64,000 bases of DNA, taken from positions 9,922,001 through 9,986,000 of the forward strand of contig CM052817.1 of NCBI GenBank assembly GCA_028534125.1, written 5' to 3'. Shown here piece by piece: positions 12,780 through 25,790 of this stretch. Source of the stretch: Lama glama. Its lineage: Eukaryota. Made by a program: the position numbers and the translations under genes. Under the pieces are notes generated by a model. The model was not told the origin of the DNA, ran no database searches, and worked only from the letters and a program-made list of their open reading frames with translations. Position 1 is the stretch's first letter. Each line of letters opens with the position of its first letter.

Positions 12780-13980
12780 CTCTTTAATATATACATTTTT
12801 AAATATTAGACTAGTATTAACTTTACAAAATATTGGCAAAGATAGTTGCCCTACATCCAATCCAGGTTCCTCTGTTAACCTTTTGCAAAATAATGCTACA
12901 TTAATAAAACCATTGAACCAATATTGATGTATTACTGCTAAAGTCCATATTTTGTTCAGCCCTCCTTACTTTTTACCTAGTGTTCTTTTTTTAAATCATC
13001 AAGAGACTTTATTTAATTGAAGTTTAGTTTATTCATAATGCTGTGTTAATTTCTGGTATACAGCATTGTGATTCAGTTGCATGTATATATACTCTTTAAT
13101 ATTCTTATTCATTGGAGGCTATTACTGGATATTATTTTTAAGAGTGGTTTTTGGTTCCCAGCAACATTGAGTGGAAAGTACAGAAAATTCCCATATCAAC
13201 CCTGCCCTTCACAAACACTGTCAAGATTTTCCACCAGGGTGGTACAATCACAATAGCTGATGAACGTTTCTTGACACATTGTAATTACCCCAAGTCCATA
13301 GGTTTCATAATAGTTCCCTCTTGGGGCTGTATAATCCACGGGTTCTGACAAACATAATAACATGTTTCCACCATTATAGTGTCACTCAGAGGAGTTTCAC
13401 TGCCCTAAAAATCCTCTGCGTCACACCTGCTCACCCCGCCTCCCCCAACCACTGGAGATTCCCAGTCTTTTTACTGCCTCCATAGTTTTGCCTTTCACAA
13501 GTGTCATATACTTGGAATCATACAGAACTTACTCTTTTCTGAATGGCTTCTTTCACTCAGTGATATGATTTTAAGTTTCCTTTGTTTCTTTTTGTGGTCT
13601 GATAGCTCACTTCTTTTTAGCACTGAATAGCATTTCAGTGGATGGACCACAGTTTATTTATCCATTCACCTCCTGAAGGACATCTCAGCTGCTCCATCAT
13701 TTTTGCAACTATGAGAAAACTTCTATAAACATTTGCGTGCAGGCTTTGCTATGGACATATGTGTTCAATTCCTAATGATCTTTTCTGCTCAGGATTCTAT
13801 CCAAGATTCCAAGTGACATTTAATAGACAAGACTCCTTAGGGTCCCCTTGGTTATGATGGTTTCTCAAATGTTCCTTGTTTTTCATGACCTTGACAGTTT
13901 TCAGGAGTACTGGTCAGGTGTTTTGAGAATGTGTTCCATCTGGAATTTCTCTGCTTTTTTCTCCTGATTAGATTGGGGAT
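12780..13980 (-). mobile_element. Old L1M 3' fragments (nested; boundaries approximate)
   Basis: ggcttctttcactcag…gatggaccacagtttatttatccattcacct…gaaggacatct; catgaccttgacagttttcaggagtactggtcagg. Confidence 0.75.
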
Positions 13981-16451
13981 GTGTCATTCTCTTCACCAAA
14001 GATTGAAATGATGGATGGAAGGTTTCCTTTGGGGGTTCCATAGAACATCTGGACACAACTAGTGATCACCCACAGCTAAGGCTGGTGGTTGAACACGCGT
14101 CCTAGGCAGTCTGGTCACTGATAGTTTCGAAGTTCAAAATCTGACCTTGCTCTCATGCATGTTGTACTGCCGTGTGGTTCCCTGACCTAGAGGGCTGGTC
14201 CCTGTTTGTAAGTCACCAGTGGCTATCCAGTGGGTGAGGTTTTGCTCTCAGCTGAGTCTTAACTGTGCATTTTGCCAGGCCAAATTTGCTCAAAAATTAG
14301 CCCCTCCTTCAAAAGTGACCTCACATACAGACAAAATGCTTATCACTGCATCAAAGCAGTATTAATTTTTCGGTCAAATTATGTACATTAAAAACATATT
14401 CATTGTCAGAAAATGAGGAAGTTGGCCAAATAAACATAAGCTAAAATCTAGTCTGGCAGAAAGCATCCATCTTAGACCTACAGAACAGTATTTGCATTCC
14501 AAATTTAAAATGCTCATTAGCCATGAGGTTTCAGAATTCCTGTCCAGCAGATCAAATTGCTAATGCTTTACTTTAGAAAAATAAGAGACAGTGAAGAGTT
14601 GATGGTACAGCACTTTGTATGAATGCAAATGGAAAGTATATTAATGTTTATTTCTCTTAAAGGAAGGCCCTATGTCACATCTCTTAACATTGAAACTATT
14701 TTGTTCGAAGCCATGTGCAATTCTTGGTTTTGATTCTGAATCCATCTAAAGAGTAATTCATAGTTTTTCTACTAAAGTTAAACCAGATGAAATTGTTGTT
14801 TCTGGTAGGTAGACATGGTAGAATATCAGCAAGTTTTGAATAGCTCGAACAAATAATAATATTTAGAGGGTTTTTTCCCCGGGTATCTCAAAGCTTTATA
14901 CATATATATTTTTTAATTTTAGTGTTTTATAACAAACTCTTTATACAAGATAAGTTAATTGATTTTTTCTGGGTTTTCATATCGTTTTTAAAAAGAAATT
15001 ACTTTAAAACATCTTCAACATCCTCTTAAACATCCTGAACACACGTACTGTCATGCAGGTGCGTCACAGATGGGGACACATTCCTACGCACAGCTGCCAC
15101 CTCTGTATCTTGGGGCAGAAGGTCTTAGAGAGTTTCCCTTTGGAACTATTAGTCTCTAACCTGTGTCTCTAACCCTCAGTATCTTTGCTACAAAGAGTGT
15201 CTGTTGCTGTCCTGGGAATCTGGAAAGAGGAGAAGACAAGTTGCTCTTTGCGTTAATGCTGTGTCACCATGCGCATGGGCATTTGATTGGCTGCTTTTGT
15301 CACATGAAGAGGTGAAGACATTTAGATGAAAGGCATCAGAAAACAGCTCTGAAAAGGCCTGTGGTGACTCCTGGGGCAAATGGTATCCATGCTCCAAGAG
15401 CTGCGGGCGGTTTCGGGGAAGAGAGGGATGCTGGGGGAAGAGAGGGATGCTGGGGGAACCGACACTGTTGGTTCCAGCAAGAACAGGGCTGGCCTCTGCC
15501 AGACCTCATTCATCCTGCCACTCAGGCTGTCATTCTCTCATTCTTCCAGTTACCCAAAGAGCACTCATGAAGCACCTCAGGTCCCAGACTTTCTCTGTCA
15601 TTGAATGAAATGCTGTCAAGAATGACCTGGTACCCGTCCTCAAAGAGACAGCAGTAGGGGGTGAGAAAGGGCTACCGGTCATGACAATACAGGGGTCACT
15701 GAAATGTTGGAGGGAAGGCAGGAACACTCAGGCTGGGGACATCTGACCTAGCCAGAGGCAGAGAGAATTTCTCAATAGCCTTCTACTGGTTAGGTGACAA
15801 CACAATAGCTGGAGAGAAACAACAGTATCTATTTGATCATTACTCAGTACCCACTCTGTGCCGAGTGTGGTGTTACTCACTGTGCGGGATGCAAGGTGAG
15901 AGAGCTTTGGCCCCTGCCTTCCAGACCGCCAGCCGGGTCTACAGCTCACTCTCCAGTGACGGCTGTCGTGGTGATATCTCATTACATCTTAGCTTCAAGT
16001 CCCTGAGGCTTTTCATCTGCTTAGAGAAAAGGTCCAAATTTCTGAATCTGACCTAAGTCCTTCCCTTCTCAATTCTAGCCAACTTCAAGGTCAATACCCT
16101 GCATATCCTACACACATGTCCCTGGGCTCCAGCTGTATCCTCCCATCCACTCTTTTCCCTACACGTTGGACTGTTTCAGGACACGTTGCCTCTGTCAAAC
16201 TGATATTTTTGCCTACAAGTCCATTTCACCCTTCTCTACCTGGGAGATTCTCTCTCTACCTGACTCCCTGTGCCTCCGGCAGAATTCATTGCTCCTTCAT
16301 CTGGGTTCTCATACGTTTTCACTGACTTCACCATGATTACAGCTGAGGGGTCACCTTGTTCTGTTTCATTCATGTACTTGTCACCATCTGCATCCCAGGT
16401 AGTGACATCTCTAGCCCAGAGCTCAAGCACAAAGCTTAGAAAGCACTTGGC

Positions 16452-16622
16452 CTAAACAACAAGTTTCTCCTGCACAGAGAACTACATTCAATATTGTAGT
16501 AACCTACAATGGAAAAGACTATGAAAACGAATATACACATGTGTATGTATGACTGAAACATTATGTTGTACACCAGAAATTGACACATTGTAGACTGACT
16601 ATACTTCAATTTTAAAAAAATA
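16452..16622 (+). mobile_element. Short L1 3' end
   Basis: …tgtacaccagaaattgacacattgtagactgactatacttcaatt plus poly(A); TSD-like aagcactt(g/a)gc on both sides. Confidence 0.8.
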
Positions 16623-16792
16623 AGTAAGCACTTAGCAAATGTTTATTGGATTGAATTGGATTTTGTATTTATCAAGATTATTCTGATTGTAATCATAATA
16701 AAAAAAACCCTAAAAACAATAGAAACAGAATTGGGAATTTGCAGGAAGTTTCTTATAACTCATGGAAGGCAAGAAGGATCAGGTAGGAGCCC

Positions 16793-17307
16793 TGTCTCAA
16801 AATGTACCTTTGGAATTTTCATTTATGGAAGTTACTAAGTGACTCTGTGGAGTGTATAAAGCTACTGACAGAAGAGTTCCAATCTTACACTTTTCAAGGA
16901 AGAGCATCTGGCTTGTTTGTTTGGGAGGCAGAATTAAGAGAGGGGGAAGGAAAGCCAGGACCAGCGCCCTTATTGGGGCTTCCAAGGGCAAGGTGAAGCA
17001 GGGCATAGTAAACAGCTTTGGACTGGTCAGTTTGAATAGCTCTAGAGGGACGTGGGGCCCAGGGGTATCCCTAGCTATCTGGCCCGTGGCCCTGGATGGA
17101 TTGGGGGCAAGGAGTTATTGGTTTGATGTGTGACAGCTGAATAAAGGAGGTGCTTACCTTGCAAATGAGAGGTATGCTCCCAAATAAGCTGCTGCTCTCA
17201 TTCAGAATGAACGACCTCTGGAGGGGCAGTCTCTCCTCAAGTTTAGAAGATCCTGTAATATAGCAAAGCATCATATAATGCAGACTATAAAAAAAATAAT
17301 GAATTCA
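16793..17307 (-). mobile_element. ERVL-class LTR (MER74/MER77-like), probable 3' LTR
   Basis: On the minus strand starts TG after a purine-rich tract (agaggatggat), contains gagactgcccc and ends …gtacattttgagaCA. Confidence 0.65.
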
Positions 17308-19500
17308 ATCCATCCTCTGATGTTTTGACACCAGACTAAGGAAATTTTGGTGTGATGATCATGGAGATTTTGGGGGAGTGAACCATAAGTTGCCCTCAAT
17401 AGCTAAGAAAATGTTTTGTTTTGAAAGCAGAATGGAGAGACACAAGTAGAGGTACATGGGATTCTTGCAGGCCAGCCCATAAGTAAGTTTTCTATTTATA
17501 AGGTGTAATCAAGAAACGAGATATGGAATTTGCAGAGGTTTCCAACCATACCTTGGTGGAAATCATTAAAAGCAACAGTTTGCCAATAGTGTCTTTGTGT
17601 ACATATTTTGGTTCAAGGTGGCAGTTACGCTGTTGGAGGATATAAACTCACAAGTTAGTAAAGTATATGTAAAGATTGGTGGCATTGTGTGTAACTAAGG
17701 GGAGGGACAGTTACGGTGGTCTCGTGGGAAATGCAAGAGTGGAGATTGTGGTGGGAAGCTGAGGTGGGGGTAGTGGGTAAAGGCACAGAGGAGTGGGTGG
17801 TCCTCTACCCAGGGGCTCGAGGATGTTGACTGATATGAGGCAAGTGAGGTGTATCCTGGGGAGAATGGCTCAGACAGTGGTAACCCTTCCCAGATTTCCC
17901 TTTAGGCAGGGAGTGTAGGTGTGTAGGTCTTGGCAGAGAGCAAGGAATGTCTACTCCAGTATCATGAGCTAGGCAGTGAGATCAGAAACACAACAGAATT
18001 TCTGACATTAAAAAAAAGAAGCAAAAATGTCCTACATCCAAGGTGAGGTCTTCAGCTGCCCCTACTTAAGGGGCAATGTCATTTGGGGCAATGTCATCTT
18101 CAGCAGTGAGGGCGTCACTAGTGGCGTCACCTAGGCCAGGGTGATGTCATCTGGGATGTGTGACTAGAGCATCCTTTCCAAGTGGACATCCCCTCCAACT
18201 GATGTGGCCCTAAGCACGTGCCATGTTTGGATGAGACAATGGCTTGTTTGGAGGGTTTGGGCCTCTGTATTACACACCAGTGACGCTCCTAGACCAGAAG
18301 CAGTAAGAGCAACAGCTCACAGGGTGTGGTACTGCGGCACTGAGCTGGTTTTTGCTTTGGAGGAAAGTCTAGGTTCACATCCGTCCTGTGTTGTACAGGC
18401 ATCTGCTGGTCCTGGGATAACGTCTGGTTAATGGATTTCAGAATCTGTGCCCTCGATCTGGCTGCCGGATGTCATCAGATGGGCTCAAGATAGAAAGTTG
18501 ATAAAACTGGATTAGGGCCTCAGGCAAAATAGAAACTCATCCTGGAGGTTTCTTTGTTGGACTGGAATATGTAAACAAGTTCTTAGAGGAGACAGTCACA
18601 TGTCTCAGTTGCTCCAGGTTTCCAGGAACAATCCAGGACACGAGAGTTCTACTGAACGCCTCTTCCAAGCACTGCATATTCTGAGAAGTGAAACGTGTGT
18701 CTTGGTTACTATGAGGAGTGTCTGTAACTTGGTTACTATGAAGATGTCCAGGTACAAGATGTCCTGGCCTTGTACCGTGGCCTTGGTACAAGTAGGGACA
18801 TGTGTGATTTTGATTGATATTTTGGGTATCTGTGAGACAAGAGATTCCCAGAGTTCTTTACTCTGAAGAGGAAAAGTTTAAGGCCATGCACCAAGAGTTT
18901 GTAATCAATGTGGAAATGGGGCCCCTTACTGGCCAAAGCGTCCAGTGCTGGGATGATGGCACGGTGCTCGGTGGTGCTATTCACGTGGTCTATGACTATC
19001 CATTGCTCTTCACTTAGTTACTCTCAAGGGGCTTCTTGGGTCACAAAGGTGACTGGGGAAGGGGTGACCTCCTCTAGCACTGAGACCTCTGGCCAGGGAC
19101 AGAGGACAGGGGAAGCCACCCGCTTCTGCAGGAGGAATATTCCAGAGAGCCTCGGTTTGCCTCCATCCTGTCTTGTGGGGTGCTGGTGGCATGACCCAAA
19201 CCATAACATGCCACTGGGCATAAAGGGTCACGGGCTCAGGGTCCAGCACAGCCCAGTAGGTAGCCAGTCATCTGTTGTGTTACTGGTGTGCAGCCCAGCT
19301 GAGGGGGGTGGTTTCTTGTATCAGAGCCCTTGGCTGACTGATGGCCTTCACTGGTGGCCCAGAGACTCCAGGGGGCATGAGAAGAGGTGGCTGAGGCCAC
19401 TCCGATGAAGGAGTCTCCGAGGGCACCAGTGGGAGCCAGCTGATTTTAACTTGGAAGTAAAGTTTGTAGATGAAGACTATGTTGCCACCAGAATCCAAAA
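17308..19500 (-). mobile_element. Degenerate ERVL (class III) internal region with a pol remnant
   Basis: Minus-strand fragments LATYWAVLDPEPVTL…VMVWVM…HK (resembles the ERVL QLLACYWAL…PIMNWV…HK segment) near 19200-19270, and integrase-like HIDY and HSNQDTRFTSQNMQ near 18680-18930; many frameshifts. Confidence 0.6.
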
Positions 19501-19771
19501 GGAACAAAAAGTTGCTGGACTTCTATGTCCATAATGAACGTGTCAAATGTCTCTCTTTAGCGGAGCTGTTGTCAACGTAATGTCATACCCGAGCTCTGGG
19601 CCTCGAGCCCAGCTTATCAAAGTCTCTCCCTGAGATTTGCCACACTGTGCCTCTGTCAGAGCTGCCGACACCCATGTTTCCAACCACGTGGGGAATGCAA
19701 AGCACACGTGCAGAGAAAACAGAGAGGCAATACGAGAGATTGTGCTGGTGATTTCTAGGTCCCCACCTCTA

Positions 19772-20340
19772 TGTGTCTGAGTGGTTGTCTTAATCGTGTA
19801 TTTTATATCCTGTATCTTAGGATGTTTTGACATCTTGCCGGGAGCCAACAGATACGAGGAGAGACTGCCCTTCCCAGGGCAAGCTAATCCTGGAGATAGT
19901 AAGTAGCTTAATTACGGGCACCCTTCCCTTATACAAGCCAACCATCCTTATCTAACTCTGAACTCCCCAAGCCAATATTTTTTTCCTGCCTTAAGTCAAC
20001 CCATGACCATATACCAAACAGCCAGCCACTGTGTCCCAAGCCCGCGGGAACCATTCACACTGGCCCATCCTCAACTGTTTACTCCGCCCTGCCTTTTCCT
20101 GTTGACATATTTAAAGGGGAAGGGTCTTTCTCTCAAATAACCACAGTAAGGGCTCTAGCCTCCGCTTTCCCCTCCCTCCTGACAAAAACCAGGTGCTTCC
20201 CCTGTGGCCGTGGTGTCACGGTGTGCCCACTTCTTTTCGGAAATGTACGTAATAAATTGTTCTTTTAATGGCATTAGCCTCTCAATGTCATCACCCTGCC
20301 ACTCCTGTAAATTAGAATCTTAAGGGTAGCTTTTGAGACA
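19772..20340 (+). mobile_element. ERVL-class LTR (MER77-like), probable 5' LTR
   Basis: TG…gagactgcccttcccaggg…aataaa…gggtagcttttgagaCA, followed by gttggc (PBS-like). Confidence 0.65.
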
Positions 20341-20759
20341 GTTGGCCCAGCAGGTGTTGAACTGATGGGTACGCCCCTAGATTGCTTTCGAGACCTGAAC
20401 TGTCTACACTGCAGAGCAGGCTGCTTATGGGAGGAGTGCCATCAGCTTTACAAATGATAAATTGACAATTGATCAAACACAATCAACATTGAGGCTCAAA
20501 TTATAGCTATATCTGAGGACCTCATTAAATTTCAACATTGTATGTCGTGTAATCTTAAAAGCCATTAAGATCTTGTCTGCAAAGCTGCCATGATGACAAA
20601 GCTGTTAGCGTAGTCCGTGGGTGGTCTGGAAAAAGTGCATCGTGTCCCTTTGGAGGGGAAGGCAAACAGCAGTGAGAGGCTGCTCAAAAAGGCACTGAAA
20701 AGACCATGCTAGCCAAAGCCGTGGGGCAGACAGTCACCAGGTGTTAATTGGGTATAGTC

Positions 20760-21240
20760 AGTCTTTTTTTTAAATTCTTGTTTTTTATTGAAGTGTAGTC
20801 AATTTACAGTGTTAGTTTCACATGTACAGCAAAGAGATTCAGTTATACATGCACATTTTTTTTCAGATTCTTTTCTATTACAGCTCACTACAAGAAATTG
20901 AAGAAAAATAAAGGTTACCTCATGGTAAATTAAAACAACTTTAATACTGTGTTCTCATCCTCCAGGACCCTCATACCCAATAATATCTAATATTTTTAAA
21001 ATGACTGACTCCACAGATAAAAACAAATATCATATGATGTCACTTACAGGTGGAATCTAAAAACAATTTTTTTTTTACACATCAGAGATAGATCACTGAC
21101 ATAGAAAGCAAACTGTGATGACCAGGGGGGAAGGGAGGGGGAGGGATAGATTAGGAGTTTGGGATTAACAGACATTACTGTATATAAAATAGGTAAACAG
21201 GGGCCTACTGATAGCACAGGGAACTATATTCAATTTCCTG
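20760..21240. mobile_element. Two L1 3'-end fragments (minus at about 20760-20900, plus at about 21010-21240)
   Basis: ttttattgaagtgtagtcaatttaca…; ggtggaatctaaaa…gggattaacaga…tagcacagggaactatattcaa. Confidence 0.75.
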
Positions 21241-22565
21241 GGCTTGAGTCACTTTCCTGCTGCTGGACTCATGGACTCTGGCAAAGAGCAGGATCCTGGG
21301 GCAAACAGCCCAGGCCCCTGACGTCTGTGGTAGGATTTGGTGGAGGAGCAACTCTTCTCAAAGACACAACAGCTCTCAAAGAGCTGTTCCCAGCATGGAG
21401 AGACTCTGTGGGGTTCAGGTCTGCGTGAGAGAAACTTATGGATCAGGTAGACCAGGAGGTGTGCGGGAGGACATTCTAGAATTCACCTGAGGCTGCATCC
21501 AGATCAATGGCTTCCTGTCTTCCCCAGGATGAGGACACTTTGATGACCCCTGCACCCTGGGCAGACCTCTCCATCACTGCACTCACGCATTTAATAAAGT
21601 TTGAAAGTGACAGCAGCTATCGCGTGAGCCGTTACTCTGCACAATCTACGTGGATAATCACACTTAATTCTTGCACCAAGCTTACGAGATAGGTGCTATC
21701 ATTACCCACATTGTGGAGACAAGGAAATTAAAGATTACCCAAGACCAGACAGCTAACAACTGACAAAGCCATGGTTTAACAAGGTCATGGAGACGCTAAA
21801 AAATCTATGCCCTGAGCCTAAACTGTCAAAAGGTGACACAGAGCCAATGGGAATTAAGCTTTTAAATAGATATGCAGTTCATTTACTATTGTACCACCTA
21901 CTGTCATTTGCCCATGAGTTGTATATCTATGTCCAAGACACAGTGGCCCCACTCAGCCCTGTAACATCTGTCCTTCAAACCCTATGCTCTTTCTTCTCCT
22001 CCTACCCCTTGCCACCCTCTGCTTGGGGCCCTTTTGGGACCAGCAGTTAGAAATCCCTGAGGTCACACAGGTTGCCACCTTTGAAAGAGGTGGGTAGAGA
22101 AGGTTCACTCTGGGACTGCGAGAGGCTAAATGGATCCACAGGCCATCCGCCCACCCAGGGTCTGACCTCAGAACAGACACAGCTCTTCAAATACAGGGGG
22201 GAGTCAGTCTCCAAGAGGGACAGGGTCATCGGAGTGTGACTGGGGAGGGAAAGAGAGTCTGATGTCAGCCCCCACCCCCACCCCCACCCCCGGGGGCCAG
22301 GTTTGGTTTAGTAACCTGCTTCCCTCTCCTGGCACCTTCAAATGACCTAAATGCAGAAAAAGGGTCACCTTTCCTCAGCTTCTGTTTAAAACCATCATCT
22401 GAATGAATTCAACAATTTAATTTGTCTCAGAGTTCAAATTTGTAACAACCAACTTTTACAGCAGGTTTTCATGGTAAGGCTTCTGTTCAGGCTGGTTTAG
22501 TCCTCAGTCCTCAGGGTGACGGGGAGCCTCCGGTTACGTTTTCAGACGCGTTGGTGACTCCATAT

Positions 22566-22580
22566 CGCCACCTCGTGGTG
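22566..22580 (-). promoter_or_regulatory. CTCF motif, intergenic
   Basis: + strand CGCCACCTCGTGGTG, with several CpGs retained nearby (22530-22570). Confidence 0.5.
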
Positions 22581-23417
22581 ATCTTATCCTGGAAGAGTAG
22601 ACTGGTCTGTCCTGAGGTCTTTTCCTCCCTTTTTTGAATATTTCAGCCTCTTTTCTATCTGTGTGATAATTGCACCTCATATCTTCCCAGACCATTTCAT
22701 TGCTGTGTGTCCACTGTGCACTCTTACATCAGACTTTGATACCAACCTGATGTTATTTACGCTTAAAAATAAAGGTGAGAAAACTGACTTCAGTGACTTC
22801 CCGAAAGTCTCAGAACTCCAACCTTTCAGCTGTCCCCAGATCTCCTACCTCAGAGACAATGTTCTTTCTCCTCTGACAAAGATTTTTCATCTTTGCGTGA
22901 CACCACAAGCCCAAATGAAGCCTGACAGCAGATGAATACAGGAGTCAGGGGGTCGAACTGCACACAGGAAATCCTGCTTAGACTTCAGCTTGCAGCCTGG
23001 CAGGCTCCTGGATGCAGAGGGGCTGAGAAAGGAAGGCGAAGCAGAAAGAGAACGATGCTCCCTGGGAGGGTGGGTGCAGCCTGAGTGACTCAAAGGCTGG
23101 AGAGGAATGGGGAGGATGCCTTCACCCAAAGGGTCACTCTCTTTAACAGGTCTGAAGTCTTTTCCAACTCTGATCTCTAAAGTGTTGATGGATGTATGAC
23201 TTCAGGGGAACATAAAAAATATATTATTAAAGAACAGCCACACGACCACCCAGCTGCTCCAGGCTGGCCTCAGACTTGAGCTCTCCAGGCAGAAAACAGT
23301 CCTTCAAAGCGTTTCTTTATGCTGGTTATAAACTGCCATCCCTGTGGTGCTCAGAGACCTACCTATATTTGCAACTAGACACACAGCAAGGGATTTTTCA
23401 TGCTCACGTATTTCTTC

Positions 23418-23800
23418 TTTTTAATTAAAGCATAATCAGTCACAATGTGTGTCAGTTTCTGGTATTCAGCACAATGTCCCAGTCATGCATATACATACAT
23501 ATATTCATTTTCATATTCTTTTTCATTAGTTATTACAAGATATTGAATACAGTTCCCTGTGCTATACAGAAGAAATTTGGTTTTTTACCTATTTTTATAT
23601 ATTGTGGTTAACATTTGCGAATCTCAAACTCCCAAATTTATCCCTTCTCACTCCCTTTCCCCAGTAACCAAAAGATAGTTTACTATGTCTACGAGTCTGT
23701 TTCTGTTTTGTAGGTGAGTTCATTAGTGTCCTCTTTTTTCTGTTTTCTTTTTTTAGATTCCACATGTGAGTGATATCATATGCTGTTTTTCTTTCTCTTT
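23418..23800 (-). mobile_element. Lineage-specific L1 3' end
   Basis: Reverse-complement relative of the element at 39885-40402 (gtcccagtcatgcatatacat…gttccctgtgctataca…gattccacatgtgagtgatatc). Confidence 0.85.
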
Positions 23801-25069
23801 TCACGCTAACATGTTTCTTAGCCATCAAACTCAAAGCCGTGAGGCTTCTCACCTCATGGACTCCTCGGGCATTTCTTAACGCCTTCCTGCAGACAAGGGG
23901 ATGGTTGTTTATAAAGGGCAGTAATTAGTCCAGCGTCCAAACTGGCCCAACATTCAAATAAACTTTCAATCTCTGACTGTAAGAGGAGTACCTCTGAGAG
24001 ATGATACAGCTCAATGTCATCAGTTTATATCCATTAACCCAATTAATTTGACAAATAGTTACTGATGTTCCTACATGAAGCTCAGACAGATCACGTGTCA
24101 CTTACAAGTCCTCGAGCCAAGAAGTAGCCGAGTCTGTAAGCCAGGAATGCAGTTGCAAATAAAGCCCCAGGTCTCAGGGGCTTAACACACTGGAAAGGCA
24201 TTTCTTTCTCACATGAAGTCCACAGTGGATGTTTCCACTGCTAATTCTAGCCAACAAAATTCAGTGGTTGGCTCTACAGCCCCAGCCTTGGCAGACTTTG
24301 TCTACTTGCAGCAAAATGTTATACATTCTGCCAGTGTTTTGTCCTGGACACGGCTAATGAATGCCTTTTCTCAGTCTCTTTGGCACAAAGTGTCAGGGGT
24401 CAGTTTTCTTGGAAGATCACTTGGATGTCCATGCATGTTTACTGTTCTAGTATTTGTCACCAAAGGATGAGCCAAGTGACGGGACAAGCCTTTCTCCCCT
24501 CAGGGAACGACTACGTGGATGATTTCATTCTGAGAGGCTCCCATGAAGAGCAGGTAGCAGAAACTGAGATTAGACTCTGACTAATGCCAAAGCAGGGTGG
24601 GGGTGGGGACTCAACAGTCCCCAGAGGATCAGGGATCAGCCACAACGTCAATTCCTGGGAGTACCACGAACTGAGGCTCCAAGATTGATTCCTGAGACAG
24701 TAAAGAAAAAGTTACTCTCCCTGAAGACCTCACAACTGAAGTAGAAAGCCCAGACTTAGCGGGACTCCTTGGGAACAGGAAGCAATGTGCCTCATCTAGG
24801 TATTTTGCTGAGCCCGGCGTACACAGTTACCAGAAAATCTGCCAGGTTTACCTGGGCATCTGGGTAGCAGGTGTGCTAGAGGGAGTCCCGCAGGCAACCT
24901 ATGCTGGGGCCCCGTAAACCCGAGGACGGGGTGAAATCTGGCTGATACTGCGAGCTATGCTGAGTGGAACCTCCAGCAGAAGGAGGCAGCCTCTGCCCAG
25001 AGTCTGCCCTTGGGCTACCGGCTCCTCAGAGGCATGGCTCCTGGTGAGACCCCACTTATAAAACAGCTC

Positions 25070-25268
25070 CCGGAACAGTATGGAAATTCCTAACAAAAGC
25101 TCAAAATAGAGTGATCCAGCAATCCCACTCCTGGGCATATATCCAGAGGAAACTAATTCAAAAAGATACATGCACCCCAGTGTTCACAGCAGCACTATTT
25201 ACAATGGCCAAGACATAGAAGCAACCTAAATGTCCATCAACAGATGACCAGATAAAGAAGCTGTAGTA

Positions 25269-25300
<32 letters not shown>

Positions 25301-25790
25301 GACACACAATGGACTACTACTCAGCCATAAAAAAGAATGTAATAATGCCATTTCCAGCAACATGGATGGACCTGGAGAGTAGGTCAGACAGCAAGATAAA
25401 TATGATATTGCTTATATGTGAAATCTAAAAAAATTACACAAATGAACTTATTTACAAAACAGAAGTAGACTCACAGACATAGAACACAAACTTATGGTTA
25501 CCAAAGGGGAAAGAGAGGGGACAGAGATAAGTTAGGAGCTTCGGATTAACATATACAAACTACTGTATATAAAATAGATAAACAACAAGGACCTACTGTA
25601 CAGCACAGGGAACTACAATCAATATCTTGTAATAACCTATAATGGAAAAGAATCTGAACAGGAATAGACATAGATATAGATATAGATATAGATATACACA
25701 TAGACATAACAAAATCTCTATACTGTACACCAGAAACTAACACAGCATTGTTAATCAACTACATTTCAACTAAAAAAATTAAAATAATGT
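25070..25790 (+). mobile_element. L1 ORF2 end and 3' UTR
   Basis: gatccagcaatcccactcctgggcatatatccaga…tgttcacagcagcactatttacaat…ctactcagccataaaaaagaat plus poly(A). Confidence 0.9.

Noticed and set aside
15322..15513. ORF ending HRPFQSCFLMPFI, loosely like the FGFBP2 C-terminus
   Set aside because: The rest of the ORF shows no similarity; compatible with chance.
18070..18745. Short tandem duplications (gggcaatgtcat x2, ggcgtcac x2, cttggttactatga x2)
   Set aside because: Two-copy slippage events inside the ERV remnant; no repeat-spacer array structure.
21290..21425. Faint resemblance (cagctct…ttcccagc…tctgtg…ttca) to the reverse complement of the human FGFBP2 linker region
   Set aside because: Short, patchy and based on recalled sequence; no Cys-domain match nearby. 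Needs an alignment before it can be called a pseudogene.
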